From Anaerolineae bacterium (GTDB lineage: Bacteria > Chloroflexota > Anaerolineae > VGOG01), in NCBI GenBank assembly GCA_049589355.1, contig JBAWAP010000434.1, forward strand, positions 177 through 64,176: a stretch of 64,000 nt of DNA. Reading direction: 5' to 3'. The notes below the pieces were generated by a model that was not told the origin of the DNA, did no database searches, and was given only the letters and a program-made list of their open reading frames with translations. Shown piece after piece: positions 1-10,245 of the stretch. The position numbers and the translations under genes were made by a program. The first letter of the stretch is position 1. Every line of letters begins with the position of its first letter.

Positions 1-3000
1 ACCAATGCTCGTCGGATTGGCCACAACGTTAACGTAGACCGGCGGCCCAATAGTGAAGACCACATCAACCCACCCGATTGCTGAGCCAGAAATGGCAGTG
101 ACCCTAGCTGTACCAATGTCGTCTTCGGAGATCAGTGTGGTCCCAGCCACCCCCTCGATCGTGGTATTGGAGGAAGGCGACAAGGTTCCGAGGGTGGTGG
201 TGAAGACTACATTGGTTCCATTCGTTACATTGTTGCCATACTGATCTTTCACAGTAGCGGTGATGCTCGAAGTAGCTCCGCCAATAGGGATGTGGGTTGG
301 ATTAGCTGTAACATTTATGCTAGAGGGCGGCCCTGCAGCGATTTTAACAATCGCCGTATCGGACTTGGAGTCGGCGGTGGCTGTAATGTGGGCCACACCA
401 GACGTTAGTCCCGAGGTCAGCGTTGCCATAGCCACGCCGCTGACCGTAGTCCGGGTGACTGTGGTGCTGCCAAGGCTGCCAAAGTCAGTGGTGAAGACTA
501 CAGGCGTACCGTTGGCCACCGCGTAGCCGCCGATGTCCGTCACTGTTGCCGTGATCGTGGCTGTATTACCCCCCACTTCAATAGTGGGAGGCCACGACTC
601 CGCAGTAACGGTGTAAGGCGCCCCGACAGTGAAAATCACCTGGGTTTGCCCTACCACCGAATCAGAAGTGGCAGAGACATTTGCCGTGCCAATGATTAAG
701 CCGGAGGTCAAGGTAGCCTTGGCCACCCCGTTGACAGTGGTCTTCACGACGCTGCTCGAACCAACGCTACCCAAATCCGTAGTAAAGGTCACCTCTGTCC
801 CATTGGCCACCATGTTACCATACAGGTCCTTGACCGTGGCGGTGATCGTCGAGGTGAACCAACCGATGGGAATGCTCGTCGGATAAGCCCTTACTGCCAC
901 CGTGTAGGGCGGGCCAGGGTTAAAAGTCACATTGGCCGTGGCATATTTCGAGTCTGCCGTAGCTGTAACCAATGCCGTGCCAGCCACTTGGGAAGTCAGA
1001 TTAGCGGTGGCCACCCCACTGGTGGTCACCTTGGTAACCAATTTGCTTCCCACATCGCCCAGGCTGGTAGTGAAGGTCACAACAGTTCCGTCGGCCACGT
1101 TGTTGTTGTACTGATCCTTCACTGTGGCCGTAAGCGACGAAGAGTTACCAGCGGTGGGGCTCGTAGGATAGGCCACCAAGGTCACCGTATAAGGCGAACC
1201 ATGCTCAAACTTGACTGTGGTTGTAGCAACCTTGGAATCCGACGTGGCCGTGATCGTTGCCATGCCTGGGATTTGGGAGGTCAACGTAGCTGTAGTTACT
1301 CCGTTGGCCGTGGTCTTAGTAACCGTAACGCTGCCCAAGCTCCCCAAACTGGTCTCGAAGGTAACCACCGTGCCATTGGCCACGTTGTTGTTGTACTGAT
1401 CCTTCACCGTGGCCGTGAGCGCCGAGGTGCTCCCGACAATCAGACTCGTCGGATAGGCTATCAACGTCACGGTGTAGGGTACATCGGGCCTGAAAGTGAC
1501 AGTGGTCGTAGCGACTTTGGAATCTGACGCGGCTGTTACCACTGCCGCGCCCGCTGTATTGCCCGAGGTCAACGTGGCTGTAGCCACTCCGCTGGCCGTG
1601 GTCTTGGTGACTGTACCACCATCCAGGCTTCCCAAACTGGTCGCGAGAGTCACCACCGTCCCATCGGTCACATTGTTATTTAACTGATCGGTCACGGTGA
1701 CCGTGAGCGTTGAGGTGAAGCCGCCAACCAGGATGCTCGTCGGATTGGCTGTCAACGTAACTGTATAGGGTAGGCCGGCTTTGAAAGTCACGTTCACAGT
1801 GCCAGAGACAGAGTCGGCGGTGGCGGTAACAGTCGCGGTGCCCGGAACCTGAGAAGTCAAAGTAGCTGTAGCCACACCATTGGTTGTACCCCTGGTAATC
1901 GTGACGCTGCCCAAGCTCCCCAGGCTGGTCTCAAAAGTGACCACCGTGCCATTGGCCACATTGTTATTGTACCGATCCTGCACCGTAGCCGTGAGCATCG
2001 AGGTGCCCCCCACGGTCAGATTAGTCGGATAAGCCACCAGGGTCACTGTGTAGGGTGAGAGAGGCGTGAATTTCACTGTAGTTGTGGCAACCTTGGAATC
2101 AGACGTAGCCGTGACGATAGCTGTACCCGCCGTGGTCTCCGAAGTCAAAACAGCCGTGGCTACTCCACTGATGGTTGTCTTGGTGACTGGGCCGCTCCCC
2201 AACCTGCCCAGGCTGGTGGTGAAGGTTACCAGTGTCCCATTGCTCACAGCGTTGTTGCATTTATCCTTTACCGTCGCCGTAAGGGTGGAGGTATAACCAG
2301 CAATGGGGATGCTTGTCGGATAAGCTTCCAAGGTCACCGTGGAGGGTAAGCCAACGTTGAAGACCACGGTTTCGGTATCGGATATTGAACCTGCTGTAGC
2401 CGTGATAGCCGCTGTCCCAGGCAATTGAGAGGTCAGCGTCGCCGTAGCTATGCCTCCGGTGGTGGTCTTACTAACCGTAGTGCTCCCCAGACTGCCCCAA
2501 CTTGTCGTGAAGCTCACCAGCGTCCCATTAGCCACATTGTTGTTATACTGATCCTTTACTGTAGCCGTAAGCGTCGAACTATCCCCTACTGTTAGAATCA
2601 TCGGATAGGCCGCCAAGGTCAGCGTGTAAGGCAGGCCAGGTTGGAATGTCACCTCAGTCGTACCATACTTCGAATCTGCCGTAGCTGTAACCGATGCCGT
2701 GCCAGCCACTTGGGAAGTCAGTATGGCGGTGACCACTCCACTGGTGGTCGTTTTGGTAACCCAGTTGCTTCCCACGTTGCCCAGGTTGGTAGTGAAGGTC
2801 ACAACAGTTCCATTGACCACGTTGTTGTTGCCCAGATCCTTCACCGTGGCCGTAAGCGACGAGCTATTCTCTACCGTAAGGGTCATCGGATAAGCTACTA
2901 ATGTCACAGTATAGGGCGGACCGACTGTGAAGGTCACAGTGACCGTGCCAGTGGCCGTGTCAACCCCGGAACCGGCTGTGGCCGTGATGGTTGCCGTACC

Positions 3001-6000
3001 TGGGGTGTTCGACGAGGTCAAAACGGCCTTAGCTATCCCGCTAATGGTGGTTTTGGTGATGGTAGTACTGCCGACACTACCTAAGTTTGTAGTAAAGGTC
3101 ACCGCCGTCCCATCAACTACGAAGTGTCCAAACTGATCATTAACTGTAGCGGTGAGATTGGATGTGTATCCACCTACCTGGATACTGGTGGGGTTAGCTA
3201 CCAGTTGCACATCCCAGGCAACGCCTACCATGTCCACGTAAGTGGTTCCTGTCAGAGAATCTACCGTCACCGTGACATTCGCTCTGCGTGATGAGCATCC
3301 CGATCTCAGCGGCGCCGTAGCTATACCATTACAGTTCGTGGTCTTGGTGATGCTGAGCGTCGTAGTGGGGGGAGGTTCGAAGCTGCCGAGATCTGTGGTA
3401 AATGTAACTATCCTGTTGCAGACGGGGTTCTCGCAGGAGTCCTTCACCGTAGCCGTAATGATAGCGGTGGCCAACCCATCAGCCAAGATGGTGGTAGGTG
3501 CGCGGGTGACGGTTAGTAGAGCGGGAGAGCCTGCCGAGACAGTGAGGTTTGAGGTGTCAGTGCCTCGAGGATAAACCCCGGCGACACGCCCCTCGATAAT
3601 CCCGGTTCCCGCCTCGTAGCCATGGAATATCACACTACCAACACCATTGGTGACAACAACAGAGGTAGTGGGTGTAAAAACACCGTATAGCGTGCTGGTA
3701 AAGTTCACCGTCACTGCCGTAGGAACCACAGTTCCCACTACGTTGCTATACTGATCGGTCACTGTGAACTGAAGAGTGCTGGTGACACAGCAGGTGATGG
3801 AGACATCGGTAGGCGTAATGGTCAAGGTGTACGGATCACCGGCCGTAATGGTGATGAGCCCTGTATTTGTAACCGTACTCCCTATAGCCGCAGCCTTAAT
3901 CGTCGCCACCCCCGGCTGCGTCCCAGAGGTCGCCGTGGCCGTGGCCCCGCCGCCTGAGGTAGTCGTACCAGAGCGGAAAGCATCAAGTTCGGTATCACTG
4001 CCTCCTGGTGCAGTCTTTACCGTTACGGTTACTTTCCGGGAGGCAAAACTCAAACCAGTGGTGATTACCCTCTCAATCCAGGCATCAGGCCCTGACATGT
4101 CTATGGTTCTGGTATATGCAGGGTTATTGATAGTAACAGTGACCGCACCTCTGGTGGGATCCTGGTGATAAACGAAGGAGACCGCCGTTCCTGTGAAGTT
4201 CCAAGACGCCCAGGCACCTACAGTATCTGTATGGATGTAAGTAACCCCACCAGCGGTAGCCACCGACCATCCTGGCGCTGTCACTTTGGCCCCATTTTCC
4301 GCTTCCACATACTCGTATGGAACCGAGGCTCTGATCGTAGGAGTGATAGTGAAGCCCACCATGACACCATTGGGCGCAGGATCACCGAAACCGTCATCCA
4401 CATCGGCGGTGAGGGTAGAAGTATATCCGCTAACCTTTATCTTATCGGGATTGGCTGTGACTGTCAGGGTATAAACATGCCGCCCGAAGGTAACACTGGT
4501 TGTGCCCGATACAGGACAGCTAGCACCAGTGACGGTGATATAAGCCGTCTGCGTCGGCACCCCTGCCGGCAACTGCTCCGAAGTAAGCGTCGCCGTGACT
4601 CGGCCACTGATGGTGGTCTTAGTGACCGTCTTGCTACTCAGGTCGCCCAAGCTGGTGGTTAAGGTCACCATCGTGCCATCCTGCACAGGATTGCCGCACT
4701 TATCTTTCACCTCAGCGGTTATAGTCGAGGTGTAGCGGAAGTTAGTCAGTAGAGAGGTGTTCGTATCGGTAACGTAGATCCGTGTCGGGTTGGCATTAAT
4801 CGTCAGGGTATAGCAAGAAGCCGTGGTGACGGTTAGGTTAGACGTGTCAGTAACACTGTATCCGCGGACCGTGCCGGTGATAGTCCCTGTTCCCGAAACC
4901 CAGCCATGGAATATCACACTCCCAGCACCATTTGTGACCACAACGCTGGTAGGCGTAAAGATACCGGATGGCTTGCTGGTGAAATCTACCGTCAGAGTTC
5001 TAGGAACCACCAGCCCTACCTGGTTATTATATCGGTCCGTCACCGTGAACTGGAGGGTGCTGGTGACACAGCAGGTGATGGAGACGTTACTAGGCGTGAT
5101 GGTCAAGGTGTACGGATTGCCAGACGTGAGGGTGATGGGCACTCTATCTGTCACCACCCTGGCGGTTTCACAGCACGGCCTTCCCACACCCGTGGCCTCA
5201 ACTATCACTACCCCTGCCTGCGTCCCCGAAGTCAGCACAGCCGTGGCCTTCCCTCCTGAGGTACTCACACCAGAGCGGAAGGCGTCTACGTAGACGCGCT
5301 TATCCGTGCCCCCGGTCACAGTGTACCCAGCTACCGTCACCGTTATGACGTGTGGTCCGGACTTTAAGGCGTGGGTGATAACATGCTCAACTTGATATTG
5401 TGGCGACGAGGTGTACATGTCAATGGTGATGGGCAAGCCGCTATCAACGGTGACAGTGGCGACACCGGCATCAGACAACTTTGGATACATCAGGGAAACC
5501 GCCGTCCCTGTGAAGTTCCAACTGGCGGTAGCTCCGGCAGTGGTGCTAGAGATGACTTCTCCACCGTGATAGAGGGGATTGGTGCCCGTGCTCCACGAGC
5601 TCGATTTGATCACCTCAGGGTCTTCACCCTCCACCAGCTCGTATGGAAGGGTGATCCAGGCACTGTTCTCATCGGTCACGATGAAGCTAACCATGGTACA
5701 ATTGGGCACATATTCGCCAAACTGATCCCTTACTGTAGCTTCAAGGGTGGAGGTAGAAGTCCTATCTGCCGCAATCTGATTGGGATTGGCTGTGACCGTC
5801 ACGCTGTTAGGAAAACTCGCCGTCATCTTAACCAACTTCGTGCCAGTTATCATGTAGGGAATAGAGGGGTCACCGCTAAGAGCGGTCACCGTAGCGTCTT
5901 CCGATCCGCATGACAAAAGAGTCGAGGTCAGGGTAGCCGTGCCTTGGCCATTCGCATCAGTCGTGGCCCCGCAGCGGAAGGCATCGACCCGAATGCAGGT

Positions 6001-6651
6001 TCCCAATCCAACTGGGGATCGAGTTAGATATTTCACGGTTATAATATGCGACCCAGAACCCAAACCAGCAGTTATCACCCTCTCCGCCGCCACTTTAGTG
6101 CCAGCGTACATGTCCACAGTGATGGCCATACTGCCATCTATCTGGACCTCAGCAACACCGCCATCGGCATCTTTAACATATAACATGGAAATCGCGGTTG
6201 CCATGAAGGTCCAGCTCAAATTGGCGTTCGGGTGCGTTGTGCCACACGTCCTGGCATACTGCCCTCCGCTAGCCCCAGGGTAGCCCTCAATAGTCCAATC
6301 GCCGGGCGACTTATTCACCGAAGCGTCTTCCGCCTCAACGTAGCAATATTGGTCAATCGTGCCCAGGGTAGTGGTGAAAGCGATAAAAGCCCCGGGCACC
6401 CCCAAGCCGTCCGAATCCTTCACCGTACCCGTGATAGTCGAATTGGAGTCGCCATCGGCCCGGATTTCAGTCGGAGAGGCATCCACTTCCACTACATGTG
6501 GGGGGCCAGCAACCAGAGCGCTGCCTCCATCTTGCTCCACATCTTCCATGGCAACCGCAGGCCCCGCACCAGCAAGGACCACCATCACCAGTACCAAGCC
6601 AAGCATGCCAACAACTATACTCAGCACGATCTTCGCCAGTTTTGTTGTCAT
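1..6651 (-). CDS. Giant secreted cell-surface protein with >20 tandem ~95-aa Ig-like (Big/invasin-type) repeats; 5' part only, continues off the window
   Basis: Minus-strand ATG at 6651..6649 preceded by GGGGGAA RBS. N-terminal signal/anchor MTTKLAKIVLSIVVGMLGLVLVMVVLAGAGPAVA. Then ~290-nt periodic repeats of the form ...TATVKDQYNNNVANGTVVTFTTSLGSLGS..., plus three copies of a larger module (WNFTGTAVSL.Y ... ID.Y ... VDAFR.G). No minus-strand stop-bounded ORF is listed in 1-6651, consistent with one open frame running off the edge. Plus-strand ORFs here are V/T/A-rich shadow frames. Confidence 0.75.
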   Translation of the reverse strand, partial: MTTKLAKIVLSIVVGMLGLVLVMVVLAGAGPAVAMEDVEQDGGSALVAGPPHVVEVDASPTEIRADGDSNSTITGTVKDSDGLGVPGAFIAFTTTLGTIDQYCYVEAEDASVNKSPGDWTIEGYPGASGGQYARTCGTTHPNANLSWTFMATAISMLYVKDADGGVAEVQIDGSMAITVDMYAGTKVAAERVITAGLGSGSHIITVKYLTRSPVGLGTCIRVDAFRCGATTDANGQGTATLTSTLLSCGSEDATVTALSGDPSIPYMITGTKLVKMTASFPNSVTVTANPNQIAADRTSTSTLEATVRDQFGEYVPNCTMVSFIVTDENSAWITLPYELVEGEDPEVIKSSSWSTGTNPLYHGGEVISSTTAGATASWNFTGTAVSLMYPKLSDAGVATVTVDSGLPITIDMYTSSPQYQVEHVITHALKSGPHVITVTVAGYTVTGGTDKRVYVDAFRSGVSTSGGKATAVLTSGTQAGVVIVEATGVGRPCCETARVVTDRVPITLTSGNPYTLTITPSNVSITCCVTSTLQFTVTDRYNNQVGLVVPRTLTVDFTSKPSGIFTPTSVVVTNGAGSVIFHGWVSGTGTITGTVRGYSVTDTSNLTVTTASCYTLTINANPTRIYVTDTNTSLLTNFRYTSTITAEVKDKCGNPVQDGTMVTLTTSLGDLSSKTVTKTTISGRVTATLTSEQLPAGVPTQTAYITVTGASCPVSGTTSVTFGRHVYTLTVTANPDKIKVSGYTSTLTADVDDGFGDPAPNGVMVGFTITPTIRASVPYEYVEAENGAKVTAPGWSVATAGGVTYIHTDTVGAWASWNFTGTAVSFVYHQDPTRGAVTVTINNPAYTRTIDMSGPDAWIERVITTGLSFASRKVTVTVKTAPGGSDTELDAFRSGTTTSGGGATATATSGTQPGVATIKAAAIGSTVTNTGLITITAGDPYTLTITPTDVSITCCVTSTLQFTVTDQYSNVVGTVVPTAVTVNFTSTLYGVFTPTTSVVVTNGVGSVIFHGYEAGTGIIEGRVAGVYPRGTDTSNLTVSAGSPALLTVTRAPTTILADGLATAIITATVKDSCENPVCNRIVTFTTDLGSFEPPPTTTLSITKTTNCNGIATAPLRSGCSSRRANVTVTVDSLTGTTYVDMVGVAWDVQLVANPTSIQVGGYTSNLTATVNDQFGHFVVDGTAVTFTTNLGSVGSTTITKTTISGIAKAVLTSSNTPGTATITATAGSGVDTATGTVTVTFTVGPPYTVTLVAYPMTLTVENSSSLTATVKDLGNNNVVNGTVVTFTTNLGNVGSNWVTKTTTSGVVTAILTSQVAGTASVTATADSKYGTTEVTFQPGLPYTLTLAAYPMILTVGDSSTLTATVKDQYNNNVANGTLVSFTTSWGSLGSTTVSKTTTGGIATATLTSQLPGTAAITATAGSISDTETVVFNVGLPSTVTLEAYPTSIPIAGYTSTLTATVKDKCNNAVSNGTLVTFTTSLGRLGSGPVTKTTISGVATAVLTSETTAGTAIVTATSDSKVATTTVKFTPLSPYTVTLVAYPTNLTVGGTSMLTATVQDRYNNNVANGTVVTFETSLGSLGSVTITRGTTNGVATATLTSQVPGTATVTATADSVSGTVNVTFKAGLPYTVTLTANPTSILVGGFTSTLTVTVTDQLNNNVTDGTVVTLATSLGSLDGGTVTKTTASGVATATLTSGNTAGAAVVTAASDSKVATTTVTFRPDVPYTVTLIAYPTSLIVGSTSALTATVKDQYNNNVANGTVVTFETSLGSLGSVTVTKTTANGVTTATLTSQIPGMATITATSDSKVATTTVKFEHGSPYTVTLVAYPTSPTAGNSSSLTATVKDQYNNNVADGTVVTFTTSLGDVGSKLVTKVTTSGVATANLTSQVAGTALVTATADSKYATANVTFNPGPPYTVAVRAYPTSIPIGWFTSTITATVKDLYGNMVANGTEVTFTTDLGSVGSSSVVKTTVNGVAKATLTSGLIIGTANVSATSDSVVGQTQVIFTVGAPYTVTAESWPPTIEVGGNTATITATVTDIGGYAVANGTPVVFTTDFGSLGSTTVTRTTVSGVAMATLTSGLTSGVAHITATADSKSDTAIVKIAAGPPSSINVTANPTHIPIGGATSSITATVKDQYGNNVTNGTNVVFTTTLGTLSPSSNTTIEGVAGTTLISEDDIGTARVTAISGSAIGWVDVVFTIGPPVYVNVVANPTSIG

Positions 6652-6911
6652 CGGAGCATTCCCCCTTTCAGAGTAACTCCCAAGCCAGCCCATTCAAAAC
6701 AAGACGCCAACGCCAGGCGCTCATAAGTGGCGCCAGGGTTGGCGTGCGCTGATAAACTATGGATACGATGTCCGCCCCTAGCTCTTTTATACTTAGGCAG
6801 CTTCCGGCATCACACGTCGGATGACTCGTTTGCATACCAACTCCTTTGCAAAACGTCAACGACTGGCCGAATCGCTCAGAATCCACACCCTCTGAAAGAG
6901 CTAAATAGGAA

Positions 6912-8585
6912 CTATGATTCCTTGAACAGCAAAGGCAGGTAGTTTCTCCAGCACTGCGAGGGATAGATAACGGTTACCGCTATCGTTTGCGGGTTGTTCA
7001 CGTAACTGGTCATTGTACTGGTAGCGGTGATGGGCGCGGTATAAAGGCCGTAACCTGGCAAACTGTCTTTATCTATGGAGACCGTTACTGAAGATGGCGT
7101 GTAGCCCTCACAGGGGCTGATGGAAAGCCAGGAAGCTTTCGCTGTGGCGCTCCACGTGGAACAGCTTGTATTAGGATTGGTGATCTTCCGCGACGGGGGA
7201 TCACAATCATCACAGACGAGGAAGTAAAGGCCATCATCGGGTTCTATTTCAAGATAGTGGGTCGTTGCCATCACAGCGGCTCTGGCATCAATGCGTCCGT
7301 GGCCGAACTTTTCATCCCAGCCGGACTCGCCCAGGTCAACAGCGGTGGACTCGATGATGTTTTCTACCTCGTCGTTAGTCAAAGTAGGGTTAACCGACCA
7401 GATCAGTGCTGCCAATCCCGATACGTGGGGAGCGGCCGAATGAGTGCTAGAGAATTTACAATAGACGTCTCCTAAACAGAGGCCCAAGATATCCCGTCCA
7501 GGTGCGGCGATGTCTACCTTGTCATTGTAAGTTGAGAAATCAGAGTGTCCATCGTCACGGTTAGTGGCAGCAACGGAAACAACGTGATCAAGAGCTGCTG
7601 GATATTCTATGGTCCTAGTGAAACTATCCCCTGCGGCAGCAACAACAAGAGCGCCCTTGGAGTAAGCATAATTCACTGCAGCCTGCAACGGCTGGGGATA
7701 GTCGGAGCTGGTAAGTGTCCAGCTTAGGTTTATGATCTTTGCCCTGTTATTAGCGGCATATTCGATCCCGCCCGCTGTGTGCCAATGGTACGAGCGACCT
7801 TGGTTATCTATAACTTTGATGGGCATGATCTCAGCTCCCCAGGATACTCCTGCTATCCCATTGCTGTTGTTTGTCACGGCCGCAGCGATGCTGCTCACAA
7901 AAGTACCATGCCAGTAGTCGTCCTGGGGTTCGCCGCGCCAATTGACAAAATCCCAGCCATGCACATCGTCTACATAGCCATTCCCATCGTCATCTATCCC
8001 ATTGCCCGGTATCTCGCCCGGGTTCGTCCATATCTTGTCCTTTAGCTCGGGGTGATCAAGATCAACGCCCGAGTCAACAAAAGCAATAATCACTCTATCG
8101 CTGCCAGTGGTGATGTCCCAAGCGGCGGGGGCTTCAATATTCACGAGGTTCCACTGAGAAGGGTAACTTGGATCATTGGGAATGACATCTGGGGCACGGA
8201 GACTGTAATGGGGCTCGACCGCGATAGTATTTGCAACCTGAACAGCGTAATTTGGCTCGGCGTACTCCACCAGAGGGTTGCGCTTTAGCTCCTCTATCTT
8301 CTCTAGCTCCTGGCCCTTGGGCACGGAGAGCAGCATGAGGCCGAGGTTTTCCATCTCGTCCAATACCTCCACATCCTCAGAGAGGAGCAAAGACTGGACA
8401 CTGGCTTGCGGAACGCCCTCTCTGAATTTGACAATGATCTCACCTGCCTCGAACTCCATCGCGCCACAGGCCGGGTCAGTGGTCGTCGGTATAGGCTCTT
8501 CGGCGAAAGAAAAACAGGGGAGAAGGAGGAAAAGGACAACCAGGAGAAAATGCAAAGTGCTTTTAATCATTGATGCGCCCTTCAT
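6912..8585 (-). CDS. Subtilisin-like serine protease (peptidase S8) with signal peptide and propeptide
   Basis: Asp/His/Ser catalytic motifs: DDDGNGYVDDVHGWDF, HGTFVSSIAAA, SSTHSAAPHVSGLAALIWS. Start chosen at MKGASMIKSTLHFLLVVLFLLLPCFSFA (ATG 8585, RBS GGGGGAAG) rather than the ORF-track start at 8663. Confidence 0.88.
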   Translation of the reverse strand: MKGASMIKSTLHFLLVVLFLLLPCFSFAEEPIPTTTDPACGAMEFEAGEIIVKFREGVPQASVQSLLLSEDVEVLDEMENLGLMLLSVPKGQELEKIEELKRNPLVEYAEPNYAVQVANTIAVEPHYSLRAPDVIPNDPSYPSQWNLVNIEAPAAWDITTGSDRVIIAFVDSGVDLDHPELKDKIWTNPGEIPGNGIDDDGNGYVDDVHGWDFVNWRGEPQDDYWHGTFVSSIAAAVTNNSNGIAGVSWGAEIMPIKVIDNQGRSYHWHTAGGIEYAANNRAKIINLSWTLTSSDYPQPLQAAVNYAYSKGALVVAAAGDSFTRTIEYPAALDHVVSVAATNRDDGHSDFSTYNDKVDIAAPGRDILGLCLGDVYCKFSSTHSAAPHVSGLAALIWSVNPTLTNDEVENIIESTAVDLGESGWDEKFGHGRIDARAAVMATTHYLEIEPDDGLYFLVCDDCDPPSRKITNPNTSCSTWSATAKASWLSISPCEGYTPSSVTVSIDKDSLPGYGLYTAPITATSTMTSYVNNPQTIAVTVIYPSQCWRNYLPLLFKES

Positions 8586-8871
8586 CAGTTCTTCCCCCTC
8601 GCGCCAGCTATCTACTAGAAGCTTCTCTACTGGTTCTTTATCCACACATAAATGATACCACAAGATACCATTTGTGTCAACAACCCGTTAGTCGTGTCCC
8701 TTATCCAGTATTCATGTCAAGAAGCCAGTATTTGCGTCCGTTTAAGCTTATATGACCAGATTGTACGAAGGGGAGTAGACTCCCTACTCCCCTCACATAA
8801 GCTTTATCCACCTGAGCTACCACATTCACTACTGGCGATGACAGCTCACCAAGTTACATCATTGAACATCT

Positions 8872-9654
8872 TTAATGTTGGTTCTTGAATACCGAGGGCA
8901 AATAAACTCCATAATTCACCTGCCAATAGGCCACTTGGTCAGCATATCCCCCCTTATATATGAGACTACTGTATACACCAGCAGGGAAGGCCTCCCCCAA
9001 ATGTGGGTGGCGTATAAGGAAATAACCTTCCCCCGATCCCGAATAGTTTTCGCTCCGGTCGATTATGCATCCCGTCTCCAATTCTGTAACCTCCCTGACA
9101 CATACCCCTATCTCGTCTTCCTCCGGGAGATTTTCATAGTCGAACACCGCATAGACAGTTTGGGTGCCGGGAGGGAATTCGGTCATGGGTTGTCCATCGG
9201 GCGAGTCGCTCATATATAGATTCGTGATTTGACCAGGTGTATCTGCGCGCACATGCCACAGCTTGATCTTGCTGGGATACAGGCCAGCGTATATCCCCGT
9301 TCGATAAGTGTCGGGAGGAATCGGGCCGGAGGTATGGGTTACAGTTATGCACTCAGTGGCCGACCCTGTGTACGAATGGCTTGTGTCGTATAAGGTGACA
9401 TCGTCGGTGACGGCGATTCGCCACTCTTCCCCTTGCATATCAGAGTAGTCAAAGACCACGTATACAGTCTGCGTGTCAGTAGGGAATAGGATCATATCGG
9501 GACCATCGCACGAGTCGCTCATGTGAAGGTTCGTAATCGTGCCTTGCTGAGTTGCAAGGGAGCTCGCAACCTTGGCGGCCACCGCTCCTATCAGCACCAC
9601 AGTCAACGCCAGTGCAATAACAGCGGCAACTAACACTACTCTTTTCGGTTTCAT
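8872..9654 (-). CDS. Signal-anchored secreted protein with two copies of an unrecognised ~95-aa domain (ITNLHMSDS.DG...VY.VFDY.DM.GE...YTGSG); paralog of 10246..10767 and 10806..12170
   Basis: Start MKPKRVVLVAAVIALALTVVLIGAV at ATG 9654 with AAAGGAG RBS. Internal duplication of the domain. The N-terminal domain is near-identical to that of 10806..12170. Confidence 0.6.
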   Translation of the reverse strand: MKPKRVVLVAAVIALALTVVLIGAVAAKVASSLATQQGTITNLHMSDSCDGPDMILFPTDTQTVYVVFDYSDMQGEEWRIAVTDDVTLYDTSHSYTGSATECITVTHTSGPIPPDTYRTGIYAGLYPSKIKLWHVRADTPGQITNLYMSDSPDGQPMTEFPPGTQTVYAVFDYENLPEEDEIGVCVREVTELETGCIIDRSENYSGSGEGYFLIRHPHLGEAFPAGVYSSLIYKGGYADQVAYWQVNYGVYLPSVFKNQH

Positions 9655-9689
9655 TCTTGAGACTCCTTTCGGTTTTGTTAGTCGAATTT

Positions 9690-10220
9690 TTACTTCTCGA
9701 CGGGGTATCCCGCCTGCTGCCAACGGGAGAATTCTACCTTCAAGGCCTTAACATCTCTGAACCCCTTGTCCTGGAGAAACTGTGCCGCACGGGCACCGTC
9801 GTCTGGAGGAGGTCAACAGCGGGCGCAATAGGTGATGATCTCTTTATCCCGAGGAAGCTCAGTATAACGATCCTCTATCTCCTCCCAAGGGATTGAGACG
9901 GCCCCTATTATGTGGCCCTCACCGAAATCTTCTTTGCTGCGCACATCAACGATGACTATGTCAGCCCCAGCATCCAGCTTTTCTTTCAACTGCTCCAGGC
10001 TAACACGAGGTACGTCAGATTCGCTATCTGGAACACTAGGTGAGGTAGAAGGCTCCCATAATTGTCGTATCTGGCGAACGACGGTAGAGCCAAACTCTTG
10101 GATGGTAACTGCTCCTGGACCACCGGCTGCAGAATACAGTCTGCCCAGCCATACCCCCACCGCGAAGACGGCCACAATCCCCAGAACGCCCAGTACTCTG
10201 TAAATGATTTTCCTGGTCAT
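9690..10220 (-). CDS. Membrane-anchored rhodanese-domain sulfurtransferase interrupted by an in-frame UGA (9813..9815) at the catalytic-Cys position; candidate selenoprotein or nonsense pseudogene
   Basis: ATG 10220 with GGAGG RBS, N-terminal TM. Rhodanese fold ...GHIIGAVSIPWEEI...KEIITYCARC then UGA. The same frame continues for 40 codons as PPPDDGARAAQFLQDKGFRDVKALKVEFSRWQQAGYPVEK, the conserved rhodanese C-terminus (A.AA.FL...GF.NV..L.GG...W..AG.PV), to TAA 9692..9690. The ORF track stops at the UGA. Confidence 0.6.
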
Positions 10221-10245
10221 TAAGACTCCTCCTTGGGAAGGATAG

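Noticed and set aside
53-6650. Numerous 60-180 aa plus-strand ORFs with V/T/A-rich translations (for example 988..1527, 4165..4662)
   Set aside because: They are shadow frames of the minus-strand giant repeat gene. Their frames change every few hundred nt, while the minus strand has one uninterrupted frame with the same 290-nt periodicity and a clear N-terminal signal peptide.
8768-8795. Hairpin GGGGAGTAG-ACTCC-CTACTCCCC as an intrinsic terminator
   Set aside because: A perfect 9-bp stem but no U-tract on either strand. Left as an unexplained structured element in a low-GC spacer.
9782-9796. Calling the hairpin after the UGA a definite SECIS
   Set aside because: It is only a 5-bp stem with a 5-nt loop, and bSECIS elements are usually longer. 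Kept as supportive but weak. The in-frame conservation of the downstream rhodanese C-terminus is the stronger evidence.
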